A DNA stretch of 26,777 nt from a virus (taxonomy: Duplodnaviria; Caudoviricetes), in the IMG/VR virus record IMGVR_UViG_3300029825_000757, positions 1-26,777 of that record; one strand, given 5' to 3'. This document shows positions 7,416 through 16,161 of the stretch, piece after piece. The translations under genes were made by a program, and so were the position numbers. The notes beneath the pieces are model-generated. The model saw only the letters and a list, made by a program, of their open reading frames with translations, was not told where the DNA came from and did no database searches. The first letter of the stretch is position 1. The number at the start of each line of letters is the position of its first letter.

Positions 7416-7733
7416 TTATACTTTCAACATGGCTTTGATTTCCAAGTATTCGTTTCGGTACTTGATGTTATCAATGAACTGAATATTGTACTGCTTTCCC
7501 TTAAAACGTATGATCATCTCTTCGTTTAAACCAGCTCTATATCTAATGGTGAATACCACCATTTTCTCAAGATGGATGGATGCAGCGGTAAAGTATACCT
7601 TTCCGTAAAGGTTAGATACTTTTGCCCATAAATTGGCTACTTCTACCCATTCTTTGGTTTGATTTCCATACATATCCTCAGTAATTCTAAGCTCTACAAG
7701 GGTAATTCTATGCCTAAGTTCACCGATGCTCAC
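7416..7733 (-). CDS. Phage head closure / head-tail adaptor protein
   Basis: IGELRHRITL...D.YGN...W...WAKV...FTIRYR...YNI..I pattern; follows the connector gene. Confidence 0.9.
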   Translation of the reverse strand: MSIGELRHRITLVELRITEDMYGNQTKEWVEVANLWAKVSNLYGKVYFTAASIHLEKMVVFTIRYRAGLNEEMIIRFKGKQYNIQFIDNIKYRNEYLEIKAMLKV

Positions 7734-7737
7734 ACTA

Positions 7738-8022
7738 TCACCAACTTTCCAGCCGATAGGGTGATAAGAGCCTTTTAATTACATCCTCCACAACTTTCAT
7801 ATCAAGATCTTCCCGGTGCTCGTACATGTTGGCGGTGATAAACAGGATAGCTTGATCTACTGTTTTGGGGACTTCCTCAAATTCATCAATACTCATTCTC
7901 AGTACCAATTCGCACAGCTGACTAGCTGTTTGAAGAAGATGGGCGATGAGCATATCTTCCTCATCGCCATCGACCCTCAAATATGATTTTGCTTCTACCA
8001 GCGTTACGGCCAATACGCTCAC
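7738..8022 (-). CDS. Head-tail connector protein (HK97 gp6-like)
   Basis: VTLVEAKSYLRVDGDEED...AILFITANMYEHRE...LLSPYR; follows the capsid gene. Confidence 0.92.
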   Translation of the reverse strand: MSVLAVTLVEAKSYLRVDGDEEDMLIAHLLQTASQLCELVLRMSIDEFEEVPKTVDQAILFITANMYEHREDLDMKVVEDVIKRLLSPYRLESW

Positions 8023-8037
8023 CTCCAGTTCCTTACT

Positions 8038-9234
8038 CTAGGCATTTTTCATTTGTAGATATTTTATCGTTTCAGGCAATATGAGTTTCCCATCCACCCT
8101 TTGGGTTGCGATAAAGCCTACTTGTCCGGTTACTGCGAATAGCTCATTTAGACGTTTAAAGTTCCTGCCTTGGCGATCAGCAATCCAGTAATAGCCAAAA
8201 TCCCCGAAGGCAATAGCCTTATTTCCGGCTGTTGCCTCGGGGACATAGGGAGAGGTAACTAGAGGTCTAGATAAGATTGTATCTGGATGACCGAGGGCCA
8301 CCGATGGCTGCCAAATATACTGACCGTTGTTATCCTTGAGTTTTCTAAGCAGTTTTACCGTTGAATCGTTCATCACAAATTTGGCACGTTTGCGATACGG
8401 AGCTTTTAGCGAGTAGAACAGGTCGAAGATCTCATCAAAGGTGATGGCAGCCACAGCGGCCGCAGTAGTGCCTAACTGCCCACCACCGACATCATTGAAA
8501 ATACCCGTGGGCTTACCTACGCCATCTCCATTAAAGAAAGCATCTTCTTCCTTGTTGCCAATTCTTCGTCCAAACTCGGTAGCAATATAACTAGGAAGGT
8601 CAAAGACACTGTCATTCAAGAGTTCCTCAGAAACCTTAATCATGGTAGCTACTTTGTGAGCACTGAGAAAAGTTTGAGAAAAGCTATCATCTGATTCTTG
8701 AATGGGACCTTCTTCATCCACCCATGTAGCTTCCCCTTTGGTAGCAACAATAGGGATTTTTCTGTCACCGGATGACGTTGTAATCACCTTAGCTAAGCTT
8801 CGAAAGACGTTTTCTTCCTCTAGTGCCTGTACTAGAGTACGCTCAAATTCATCGGGGACAAGGTATCCGCCTTCGCTTTCTTCACCAATTTTTAGAGAGT
8901 TCATGACTTCGTAGCCATGCTTATTTCTTATAGCCTTCCAAAAAGCGTCGGAGTATTCCTTGGTAGCCCGAGGATTGCTTTTCACCTTTTCGATCATCGG
9001 GTCGTTTTTGATGGCAGCAGATGTAGCCTTTGAGAGTTCGAAATCAATAGTCTGCTGTCTTTCTAGCCTTTCTATTTCTCTACCGAGGTTCACAACTTCA
9101 GCTTCCATCCTGTCGTAGGTAGCAGTATCCTCGGCGGAGATAAGACCATCATCTCCTCTTTTGGAGTCTAAAAAAGCCTTGGCATCTGCCCAGGCTTTAG
9201 CTCTTTTTTCTCTAAGTTGTAGAATCTGATTCAT
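8038..9234 (-). CDS. HK97-family major capsid protein
   Basis: N-terminal coiled-coil delta domain, GGYLVPDEF, WVDE, GDGVGKPTGI, FGDF, RVDG. Confidence 0.96.
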   Translation of the reverse strand: MNQILQLREKRAKAWADAKAFLDSKRGDDGLISAEDTATYDRMEAEVVNLGREIERLERQQTIDFELSKATSAAIKNDPMIEKVKSNPRATKEYSDAFWKAIRNKHGYEVMNSLKIGEESEGGYLVPDEFERTLVQALEEENVFRSLAKVITTSSGDRKIPIVATKGEATWVDEEGPIQESDDSFSQTFLSAHKVATMIKVSEELLNDSVFDLPSYIATEFGRRIGNKEEDAFFNGDGVGKPTGIFNDVGGGQLGTTAAAVAAITFDEIFDLFYSLKAPYRKRAKFVMNDSTVKLLRKLKDNNGQYIWQPSVALGHPDTILSRPLVTSPYVPEATAGNKAIAFGDFGYYWIADRQGRNFKRLNELFAVTGQVGFIATQRVDGKLILPETIKYLQMKNA

Positions 9235-9247
9235 CTTTCATTCCTCC

Positions 9248-9937
9248 TTAATATTTTAAGAGGTCAAGCCTCTTGTCTAAAACAGTAATGTCCATCCCTT
9301 GGGGTTTTCCTTTTCGTGGCAGCTTACCTAAAAGGGAGTTTACCACTGCCATCTTGCTGAAAAGTAAGCCTTCCGTTTGGGGTAGCTGTTCTTTTTCCGG
9401 TGAAAACATAATCTGATCCGCAAAGCCAAGTTCAATGGCTTTCTGGGCATTAAACCAACTCTCCGCATCCATTAGTTGTGATAGTTTCGACCTTGGTAGT
9501 CCTGTCTTTAACTCGTAAGCATTAATGAGGCTCTCTTTCACTTCATCAAGCATCGAGATGGCTTTGCCCATCTCCTCCGCATCGCCAAACGCAATGGTCA
9601 TGGGATTATGAATCATCATCATAGATACTGGTGACATTAAAACCTCGCTGCCTGCCATGGCAACAACTGATGCTGCGCTGGCTGCAATCCCATCAATTTT
9701 GACTGTCACATTGCCTTTATAGTCCATCAACATATTGTAGATTTGGCTGGCAGCAAACACATCGCCACCTGGTGAATTAAGCCATACAGTAATATCACCA
9801 GTGCTACTCATGAGTTCTGCCTTAAACTGTTTGGGTGTTACTTCATCTCCAAACCAAGTTTCCTCGGCTATTGGTCCATCAAGATAAAGAGTCCTCCCAT
9901 CTTTGCTCTCCGCCCAATTCCAGAATTTCTTACCCAA
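9248..9937 (-). CDS. ClpP-like head maturation protease
   Basis: LNSPGGDVF, DGIAASAAS, MIHNP, ESWFNAQKAIELGFAD. Start moved to TTG at 9937, behind RBS GGAGGAGGTG. Confidence 0.93.
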   Translation of the reverse strand: MGKKFWNWAESKDGRTLYLDGPIAEETWFGDEVTPKQFKAELMSSTGDITVWLNSPGGDVFAASQIYNMLMDYKGNVTVKIDGIAASAASVVAMAGSEVLMSPVSMMMIHNPMTIAFGDAEEMGKAISMLDEVKESLINAYELKTGLPRSKLSQLMDAESWFNAQKAIELGFADQIMFSPEKEQLPQTEGLLFSKMAVVNSLLGKLPRKGKPQGMDITVLDKRLDLLKY

Positions 9938-9941
9938 GAAT

Positions 9942-11162
9942 TCACACCTCCTCCTTAATTTGTTTTGCAAAAGCACCAGCATCTTGAAGCTGCGTCATAT
10001 TACCATTCACGAGATACAAATCGCCTCCAAGTTCTTCTGGAATACGGTTCATATCTTCAAGTTCCCTAATGTCATTGGCAGATAGCCATCCATTTTGCCT
10101 TCCTGTGGCATACCCGTTCATGCGACTTTGGTAATCTCCCCGCAAAAGCCCATCCACATTGAACTTAACAAAGTATGTCTTTTTCTCTTTAGGACTAAAT
10201 AATGCTCGTTGTATAGCCTGCTCCCACCTAGATACCCATGGGTCGAGGGTATATTTCACAAATTCTAGGCTCTGTTGCTCGATATTGGAGAAACTGGACT
10301 TCTCCAAATCACCAATCATATGAGGTGGAATCCGAAAGATTCGAGCGATTTCATTCAGTTGAAACTTGCGGGTAGCGATAAACTGGGCTTGTTCTGGTGG
10401 AATCCCAATAGGCTGAAACTTCATACCTTCCTCCAAAACAGCTACTCGGTGCGCATTGGCACTTCCCTGATACACCGCATTCCAGCTATCTCTGACTCGC
10501 TTGGGATCTTTTACTACTCCCGGGTGCTCCAGCACCCCTCCAGGATTAGCTCCATTAGCGAAAAACTTAGCGCCATATTCTTCTGTTGCTATGGCCATAC
10601 CAATTGCATTCTTGGCCATAGCAATAGGCGAGTAGCCCACTAAACCATCAAATCCAAGCCCAGGGATATGAAAAACTTCATCGCTACGAAGAATTACAGG
10701 CCCAGTATCTTTTTGGTATTCGTAATAAAGCTCTCCGGTGGAGGTTCTATCTACACTCATTTTGTCAGGCAGTAAGGGATATAAAGCTAGTACGTTTCCT
10801 CTCCCATCTCTGATAATCTGGGCGTAGGCATTCCCCCAAAGTAAAAGATGACCCATCAGTGTCTCTCGAAACACAAATGAAGTCATCTCTGGATTTGGCT
10901 CATCGTGGAGCAAGTAATAAAGCTGATGATCAGTTGCCTTTTCTTTCCCCCGGTCTGTATGCTTATAGGTATGAAGCGGTAAACTAGCCAGGGTTTCGGA
11001 TAGAATTCTTACACAGGCATATACCGCTGTAGTCTGCATGGCAGTTCGCTCGTTTACGACTTTCCCGCTTGTAGTGCTACCGAAGAAGAAAGTATAAGTG
11101 CTGCCAAACAGGCTGTTTTGTGGTTTCTTTCTAGATTTAAAGAGTCGGCCTAAAATAGACAT
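9942..11162 (-). CDS. HK97-family portal protein
   Basis: AVYACVRILSETLASLP, LLWGNAYA, GLVGYSPI, EIARIFRIPP, SFSNIEQQ. Confidence 0.97.
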   Translation of the reverse strand: MSILGRLFKSRKKPQNSLFGSTYTFFFGSTTSGKVVNERTAMQTTAVYACVRILSETLASLPLHTYKHTDRGKEKATDHQLYYLLHDEPNPEMTSFVFRETLMGHLLLWGNAYAQIIRDGRGNVLALYPLLPDKMSVDRTSTGELYYEYQKDTGPVILRSDEVFHIPGLGFDGLVGYSPIAMAKNAIGMAIATEEYGAKFFANGANPGGVLEHPGVVKDPKRVRDSWNAVYQGSANAHRVAVLEEGMKFQPIGIPPEQAQFIATRKFQLNEIARIFRIPPHMIGDLEKSSFSNIEQQSLEFVKYTLDPWVSRWEQAIQRALFSPKEKKTYFVKFNVDGLLRGDYQSRMNGYATGRQNGWLSANDIRELEDMNRIPEELGGDLYLVNGNMTQLQDAGAFAKQIKEEV

Positions 11163-11195
11163 CTACATTTATCACCTCCTACTCCCCAAAACGAG

Positions 11196-11226
11196 CATAA
11201 AGAAAGCACCACGTAAAGAGGTGCCT
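11196..11226 (-). terminator. Terminator-like hairpin after the GIY-YIG moron
   Basis: AGGCACC-N9-GGTGCTT followed by TCTTT. Confidence 0.55.
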
Positions 11227-11259
11227 GATTATTTAATAAGAGCACTAAAAAACTAAAAC

Positions 11260-11568
<309 letters not shown>

Positions 11569-11637
11569 TTATCTTACTTTTTATACCCATAAATGAACTC
11601 TCCTTTTTGATTAAATAAGTAGAGTGTCTACAAGTAG

Positions 11638-13239
11638 CTATAGAACAAGCAATCCCCTTTCATCGTAGATTGAACTCCCCCTTTGCCCCTCGTTCCTTAA
11701 TGCTCTATCAAGGGCCATAATCGTAGCTACAGCACCGTCAATTCGCTCGGTGCTTTTTCCTTTGTCTGGTTTGATGTTACCCGCCGGGTCAGTTCTGATG
11801 AAAATGTTATCCATCATCCAGCGCAAAACAGGATGCCCACCATGGGCAATCTTTTCTTCTAAAGTTAATTTCATCAATTCCTTAGTTGGCGGTGACATAT
11901 CTTTAAAGCCTTGGCCGAAAGGTACCACTGTAAATCCCATCCCCTCTAGGTTTTGCACCATCTGTACAGCGCCCCAACGGTCAAAGGCTATTTCTTTGAT
12001 ATTGAATCTTTCGTTTAAATCCTCGATGAACTTTTCGATAAAGCCATAATGTACCACATTCCCCTCGGTGGTTAGTAAATAACCTTGTTTCTCCCAGAGG
12101 TCATATTGAACGTGATCTCGCCGAACTCGTAGCTCTATATTATCTTCTGGCATCCAGAAAAACGGCATTACACTGTATTTATCATCCTCGTCCTCCGGTG
12201 GAAACACCAACACAAAAGCAGTAATATCCGTTGTGGAGGAAAGATCAAGTCCGCCATAGCAAATCCGCCCCTCAAGACTTTTGACATCTACCGGAAAAGC
12301 ACAGGCATCCCACTTAGCCATCGGCATCCAGCGAACAGACTGCTTAACCCATTGGTTAAGCCGAAGCTGCCTAAAGCTGTTTTCCTCAGCTGGGTTCTGC
12401 TTGGCACTTTCGCAGGCTGCCTTCACCTTATCAATGCTGACGGTAATACCTAGACTAGGATTCGCCTTTTTCCATACCTTTGGATCAGTCCAGTCGTCTT
12501 CTTCTTTTGCTCCATAAATTACAGGGTAGAAAGTTGGATCAAATTTTCGTCCCTCTAATATGTCCACAGCCTTTTGGTGCACCTCATAGCAAATACTCTG
12601 GGTGTCAGTACCCGCTGTGGTGATGAGAAAATATAGCGGCTGGGCCCTAGCATCGCCAGACCCCTTAGTCATAACATCGAATAACTTGCGGTTAGGCTGA
12701 GTATGGAGTTCATCAAACACCACCCCATGAACATTAAAGCCATGCTTGGAATAAGCTTCGGCTGATAACACTTGGTAGAAACTATTTGTGGGGAGATAAA
12801 CTAAGCGCTTTGAGGAAGCCAGTAGCTTCACTCGTTTGCTTAAAGCCGGGCACATTCGTACCATATCGGCTGCCACTTCGAACACAATAGAAGCCTGCTG
12901 ACGATCGGCTGCACAGCCATATACCTCAGCACGTTCCTCACCATCGCCACAAGTGAGAAGTAGAGCGATTGCTGCAGCCAGTTCGCTCTTACCCATTTTT
13001 TTAGGAATCTCTACATACGCCGTATTAAACTGGCGGTACCCATTGGGTTTTAGGATACCAAACAAATCCCGTACAATTTTCTCCTGCCAATCGATGAGGT
13101 CAAAGGGCTTGCCAGCCCATAAGCCTTTAGTATGGGTAAGTGCTTCAATAAAAGAAACTGCATAGTCGGCGGCCTCTTTGTTATAAACTGAATCCACCGC
13201 CATGAATCTGGTTGGTTTGTAATTCTTCAGTTTTCGCAA
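11638..13239 (-). CDS. terL: Terminase large subunit
   Basis: Walker A IPKKMGKSE, Walker B VVFDELH, ITTAG, GGLDLS, IDGAVA; TTG start with RBS AGGAGGTG. Confidence 0.97.
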   Translation of the reverse strand: MRKLKNYKPTRFMAVDSVYNKEAADYAVSFIEALTHTKGLWAGKPFDLIDWQEKIVRDLFGILKPNGYRQFNTAYVEIPKKMGKSELAAAIALLLTCGDGEERAEVYGCAADRQQASIVFEVAADMVRMCPALSKRVKLLASSKRLVYLPTNSFYQVLSAEAYSKHGFNVHGVVFDELHTQPNRKLFDVMTKGSGDARAQPLYFLITTAGTDTQSICYEVHQKAVDILEGRKFDPTFYPVIYGAKEEDDWTDPKVWKKANPSLGITVSIDKVKAACESAKQNPAEENSFRQLRLNQWVKQSVRWMPMAKWDACAFPVDVKSLEGRICYGGLDLSSTTDITAFVLVFPPEDEDDKYSVMPFFWMPEDNIELRVRRDHVQYDLWEKQGYLLTTEGNVVHYGFIEKFIEDLNERFNIKEIAFDRWGAVQMVQNLEGMGFTVVPFGQGFKDMSPPTKELMKLTLEEKIAHGGHPVLRWMMDNIFIRTDPAGNIKPDKGKSTERIDGAVATIMALDRALRNEGQRGSSIYDERGLLVL

Positions 13240-13264
13240 AGCACCACCTCCTAAAAATGCTCAT

Positions 13265-13295
13265 AAGAAAAGAGCCTCCGAGGAAGCTCTTTCTT
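13265..13295. terminator. Possibly bidirectional terminator upstream of terL
   Basis: AAAGAGCCTCC-GA-GGAAGCTCTTT imperfect stem flanked by A/T tracts. Confidence 0.6.
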
Positions 13296-13358
13296 TATTT
13301 GTTTAAATTTTGTCCACATAACCAGTCAATTTGAAGTTCCAGTAATCTCCCTTATACT

Positions 13359-13547
13359 CTAGTCTTCAATCGGCTCACCTTGGTCTTGATGGAAATTTAG
13401 CATGTAGAGACCTTTATACTCAGCTAGAAAGCGACCAGTATGTCGGTCAATCCCCGTAATGCTAACTCTCTCCCCCGCAGGAACCATAATACTGCGTGCT
13501 CCAGATTTTGTGTAAGCTGGGCGGCTTTCTAAAAGTGTGGCTTTCAT
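13359..13547 (-). CDS. Hypothetical small protein (62 aa)
   Basis: RBS AAAGGGG, its own upstream promoter-like motif and a downstream terminator. Confidence 0.65.
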   Translation of the reverse strand: MKATLLESRPAYTKSGARSIMVPAGERVSITGIDRHTGRFLAEYKGLYMLNFHQDQGEPIED

Positions 13548-13581
13548 CTTTTAATCCCCTTTCTGGTGTTTCTAGTCATAT

Positions 13582-13614
13582 ACATATATCACTCAGAACA
13601 GGATATATAGCAAG
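13582..13614 (-). promoter_or_regulatory. Repeated promoter-like motif CTTGCTAT-N11-TGAGTGATATATGT, copy 1
   Basis: 8-bp and 14-bp blocks, with the same spacing, are identical to 14832-14864. Confidence 0.7.
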
Positions 13615-13633
13615 CTATTTCTGTAGATTAATC

Positions 13634-13876
13634 TCAAAAAGTCGCTCTTCTTAGCTGGCACCGAGATCGGGGAGAACTTGAATCCTTCGAAACCTTTAAG
13701 GCATTAATATCTCTCCAAAAAAGCCCGTCCACCCCTTTAACCAAAATCCCATAAAGACCACTTTCTATAATCACTACTGTACCTGTTTCCACTCCACGCT
13801 CTGAACGGAATCTTACTTTCGACGCAAGCCTTATACCTCTATCTGTCATTTTGTGCCTAATCACTCTGGTTTTCAT
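13634..13876 (-). CDS. Hypothetical small basic protein (80 aa)
   Basis: RBS GAAAGGGA; co-oriented and fills the intergenic gap. Confidence 0.55.
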   Translation of the reverse strand: MKTRVIRHKMTDRGIRLASKVRFRSERGVETGTVVIIESGLYGILVKGVDGLFWRDINALKVSKDSSSPRSRCQLRRATF

Positions 13877-13924
13877 CTAGCATCCCTTTCTAGTGTGTAT
13901 TTTCTCATATAGCTATAAATAGGC

Positions 13925-14149
13925 TTATAGTTTTCTCACTGTGTCCTCGCCATATACCACCCCAAGGGTCGAACCTGAATCCCAAGTGCAAAAAATCGTG
14001 CCAGTATCATCAATAAAATCTACTGTGCCTTTATCGCCAGGCCTAAGCTTGGAGTAGGGGTCATTCATTTGAACCAATTCTACCCACGTTCCCTTGGGGT
14101 ATCGTGTGCGTAGACGTTCCACAGTCTCTTTAGAAGGGAATCTATTCAT
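13925..14149 (-). CDS. DUF4314 domain protein
   Basis: YPKGT.VELVQMNDPY..L.PG.KGTV..IDDTGTI...WDSGSTLGVVYGED; ATG at 14149 overlaps the upstream stop. Confidence 0.85.
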   Translation of the reverse strand: MNRFPSKETVERLRTRYPKGTWVELVQMNDPYSKLRPGDKGTVDFIDDTGTIFCTWDSGSTLGVVYGEDTVRKL

Positions 14150-14801
14150 CGCCTTTAACCTCCCCTTTAATTGGCACACCGTTTTTAAATGCGCTATTGC
14201 CAGTGAGGTTTTTCAGAAGAATTTTTCTTGCCACTTTGTACTCATCACCAACGAATCCCAGTTGAATTAGAAACACCCGGAAGGCAAACTTCTCGTTTTC
14301 CACATGCTTCTCTTTAGCGGTAATGCGCTTTCGTTCCTTGGCAACTTTACATAGACCATTGATAAGAAGGGTGAAGGCAGCAACCTCATCGCTGGTTCCT
14401 ATGGGGAACCAAGGAAACTTAAGCGTGGTTTCGGTGCGTTCTACCAGTAAGGTGTCAGTACCAATAGCCTTCTTAATGAGGTTTGCTTTGCTTGCGATAA
14501 GCCGATCAAGATTTTCTAGTGCTTGCTCCGTAAAATCTGCAAGCGGTACCTCAATCGTAATTCTGTCTGGACTTTCAATTTTAAAACCCCTCTTACCAAG
14601 CTCCTCCATGAGTGTTTTCGCCAGTTCCTGTTCTGTTGCCTGGTCAAAAGAAACGGTACCCTCGTTATCGATTGTTAACCCTCCCACCTCATAGGCAAAT
14701 GTTGGTGCTCCTTTGTACTTTGCCGGAGCATCAATAATTTCGCTGATTGCGGCCACCAGTTTCTGCCTTTCTTTACGTTCTACATTAAATCTAATTTCCA
14801 T
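14142..14801 (-). CDS. Conserved phage protein usually annotated 'virulence-related protein' (function unknown)
   Basis: YKGAPTFAYEV, FPWF, ENEKFAFRVFLIQLGF, LLKNLTGNSAFK. Confidence 0.8.
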   Translation of the reverse strand: MEIRFNVERKERQKLVAAISEIIDAPAKYKGAPTFAYEVGGLTIDNEGTVSFDQATEQELAKTLMEELGKRGFKIESPDRITIEVPLADFTEQALENLDRLIASKANLIKKAIGTDTLLVERTETTLKFPWFPIGTSDEVAAFTLLINGLCKVAKERKRITAKEKHVENEKFAFRVFLIQLGFVGDEYKVARKILLKNLTGNSAFKNGVPIKGEVKGDE

Positions 14802-14831
14802 AATCGTTACCTACCTTTTCCTTTGGTAGTA

Positions 14832-14864
14832 ACATATATCACTCATAAGCTGTGAAATAGCAAG
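14832..14864 (-). promoter_or_regulatory. Repeated promoter-like motif CTTGCTAT-N11-TGAGTGATATATGT, copy 2
   Basis: Blocks identical to 13582-13614; precedes RBS AAAGGTAGG. Confidence 0.7.
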
Positions 14865-14919
14865 TGATTAGTGTCAATATAGGTTTTAACTGATTGTATC
14901 CTTTGTGTAAACCTCTTGC

Positions 14920-16161
14920 CTATTCATCTGCCTTCACCCCAGGTACATCCCTATATGGTATTTTCCTTCCGCCACGAACGAGAATCACATTTTCCATAGC
15001 GCCAACCTGTCCAATATATCTTTTCACTATTACATCGCAAAACTTCTCATCCAGTTCCACTGTGTAGCAAACCCGGTCTGTCTGTTCACAGGCGATTAAG
15101 GTACTACCAGAACCGCCAAAGGGGTCTAGAACAATACATCCTGTCAGACTGGAATTCAAAATCGGGTATGCCACCAGTGGCACTGGCTTCATAGTCGGAT
15201 GATCGTTGTTTTTTCTAGGCCTATCAAACTCCCAGATAGTGGACTGCTTGCGGTCGGCATACCAAGCGTGTTTCCCTTTTTTCTTCCAGCCAAAAAGGAT
15301 AGGTTCATGCTGCCACTGATAAGGAGAGCGCCCTAGCACCAGTGATTGCTTTTTCCAGATACAAGTACCAGAAAGGTAAAAACCTGCATCAGAGAATGCC
15401 TTTCGGAAATTCAAGCCCTCCGTATCAGCGTGGAACACATAGATGCTCGCATCCTTGGCCATAGCCTCTTCAGTAAGAGTGAAAGCGTCTAGAAGAAACT
15501 GATAGAATTTTTCATCAGCCATATTATCGTTTTTGATTTTACCCGCTGTACCTTCGTAGTTTACGTTATATGGTGGGTCGGTTATCACGAGGTTTGCTAC
15601 CTTACCATCCATCAAAAGCTTAAAAGTATCAGTATGAGTAGAATCACCACAGACAACGCGGTGATTACCCAAAAGCCATAAATCACCCGCTTGGGTTATT
15701 GCGGGTTTCTGTAGTTCACCTTCCACATCAAAGTCATCATCCCGAACTCCATCTTGCAGCAGATCTTTAAAAAGCCCATCGATTTCAGCAAGATCAAAAC
15801 CTGTCATGGTAACATCAAAGTCCTCGGCTTGCAAATCGGAAATGAGCAAAACTAGCTTATCTTTGTCCCAGTCACCTGAAACCTTATTAAGAGCTATATT
15901 TAATGCTTTCTCTTTTTCTTCATCCAATTCCACAACAACGCAGTCAATTTGCGAAGCACCGTTGGCCACTAATATCTTTAGTCTTTGGTGACCGCCAACC
16001 ACGTTGCCAGTATTCTTGTTCCAGATGATTGGCTCAACATATCCAAACTCCTCCATGGAGCGCTTTAGCTTTTCGTATTCAGGATCGCCAGGTTGCAAAT
16101 CCTTGCGAGGGTTATACCCAGCAGGTATTAACTGTTCGACTGGAATTTTCTCAATCAGCAT
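14920..16161 (-). CDS. ParB-like N-terminal domain + N6A/N4C DNA methyltransferase (beta order)
   Basis: YNPR and GGHQR in the ParB/Srx-like domain; TDPPYN; HPTMKP; LDPFGGSGST. Confidence 0.93.
   Translation of the reverse strand: MLIEKIPVEQLIPAGYNPRKDLQPGDPEYEKLKRSMEEFGYVEPIIWNKNTGNVVGGHQRLKILVANGASQIDCVVVELDEEKEKALNIALNKVSGDWDKDKLVLLISDLQAEDFDVTMTGFDLAEIDGLFKDLLQDGVRDDDFDVEGELQKPAITQAGDLWLLGNHRVVCGDSTHTDTFKLLMDGKVANLVITDPPYNVNYEGTAGKIKNDNMADEKFYQFLLDAFTLTEEAMAKDASIYVFHADTEGLNFRKAFSDAGFYLSGTCIWKKQSLVLGRSPYQWQHEPILFGWKKKGKHAWYADRKQSTIWEFDRPRKNNDHPTMKPVPLVAYPILNSSLTGCIVLDPFGGSGSTLIACEQTDRVCYTVELDEKFCDVIVKRYIGQVGAMENVILVRGGRKIPYRDVPGVKADE

Noticed and set aside
9248-9937. Host clpP gene
   Set aside because: Its position between portal and capsid identifies it as the prohead protease.
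9938-9982. Longer N-termini in the ORF track (Clp 9982, LSR 5952, HNH 18436, GIY-YIG 11565, DUF4314 14179, VRR-NUC 20641, primase 22991, BRO 24240)
   Set aside because: Downstream starts have clear RBSs or coupling overlaps and avoid overlapping terminators, promoters or neighbouring genes.
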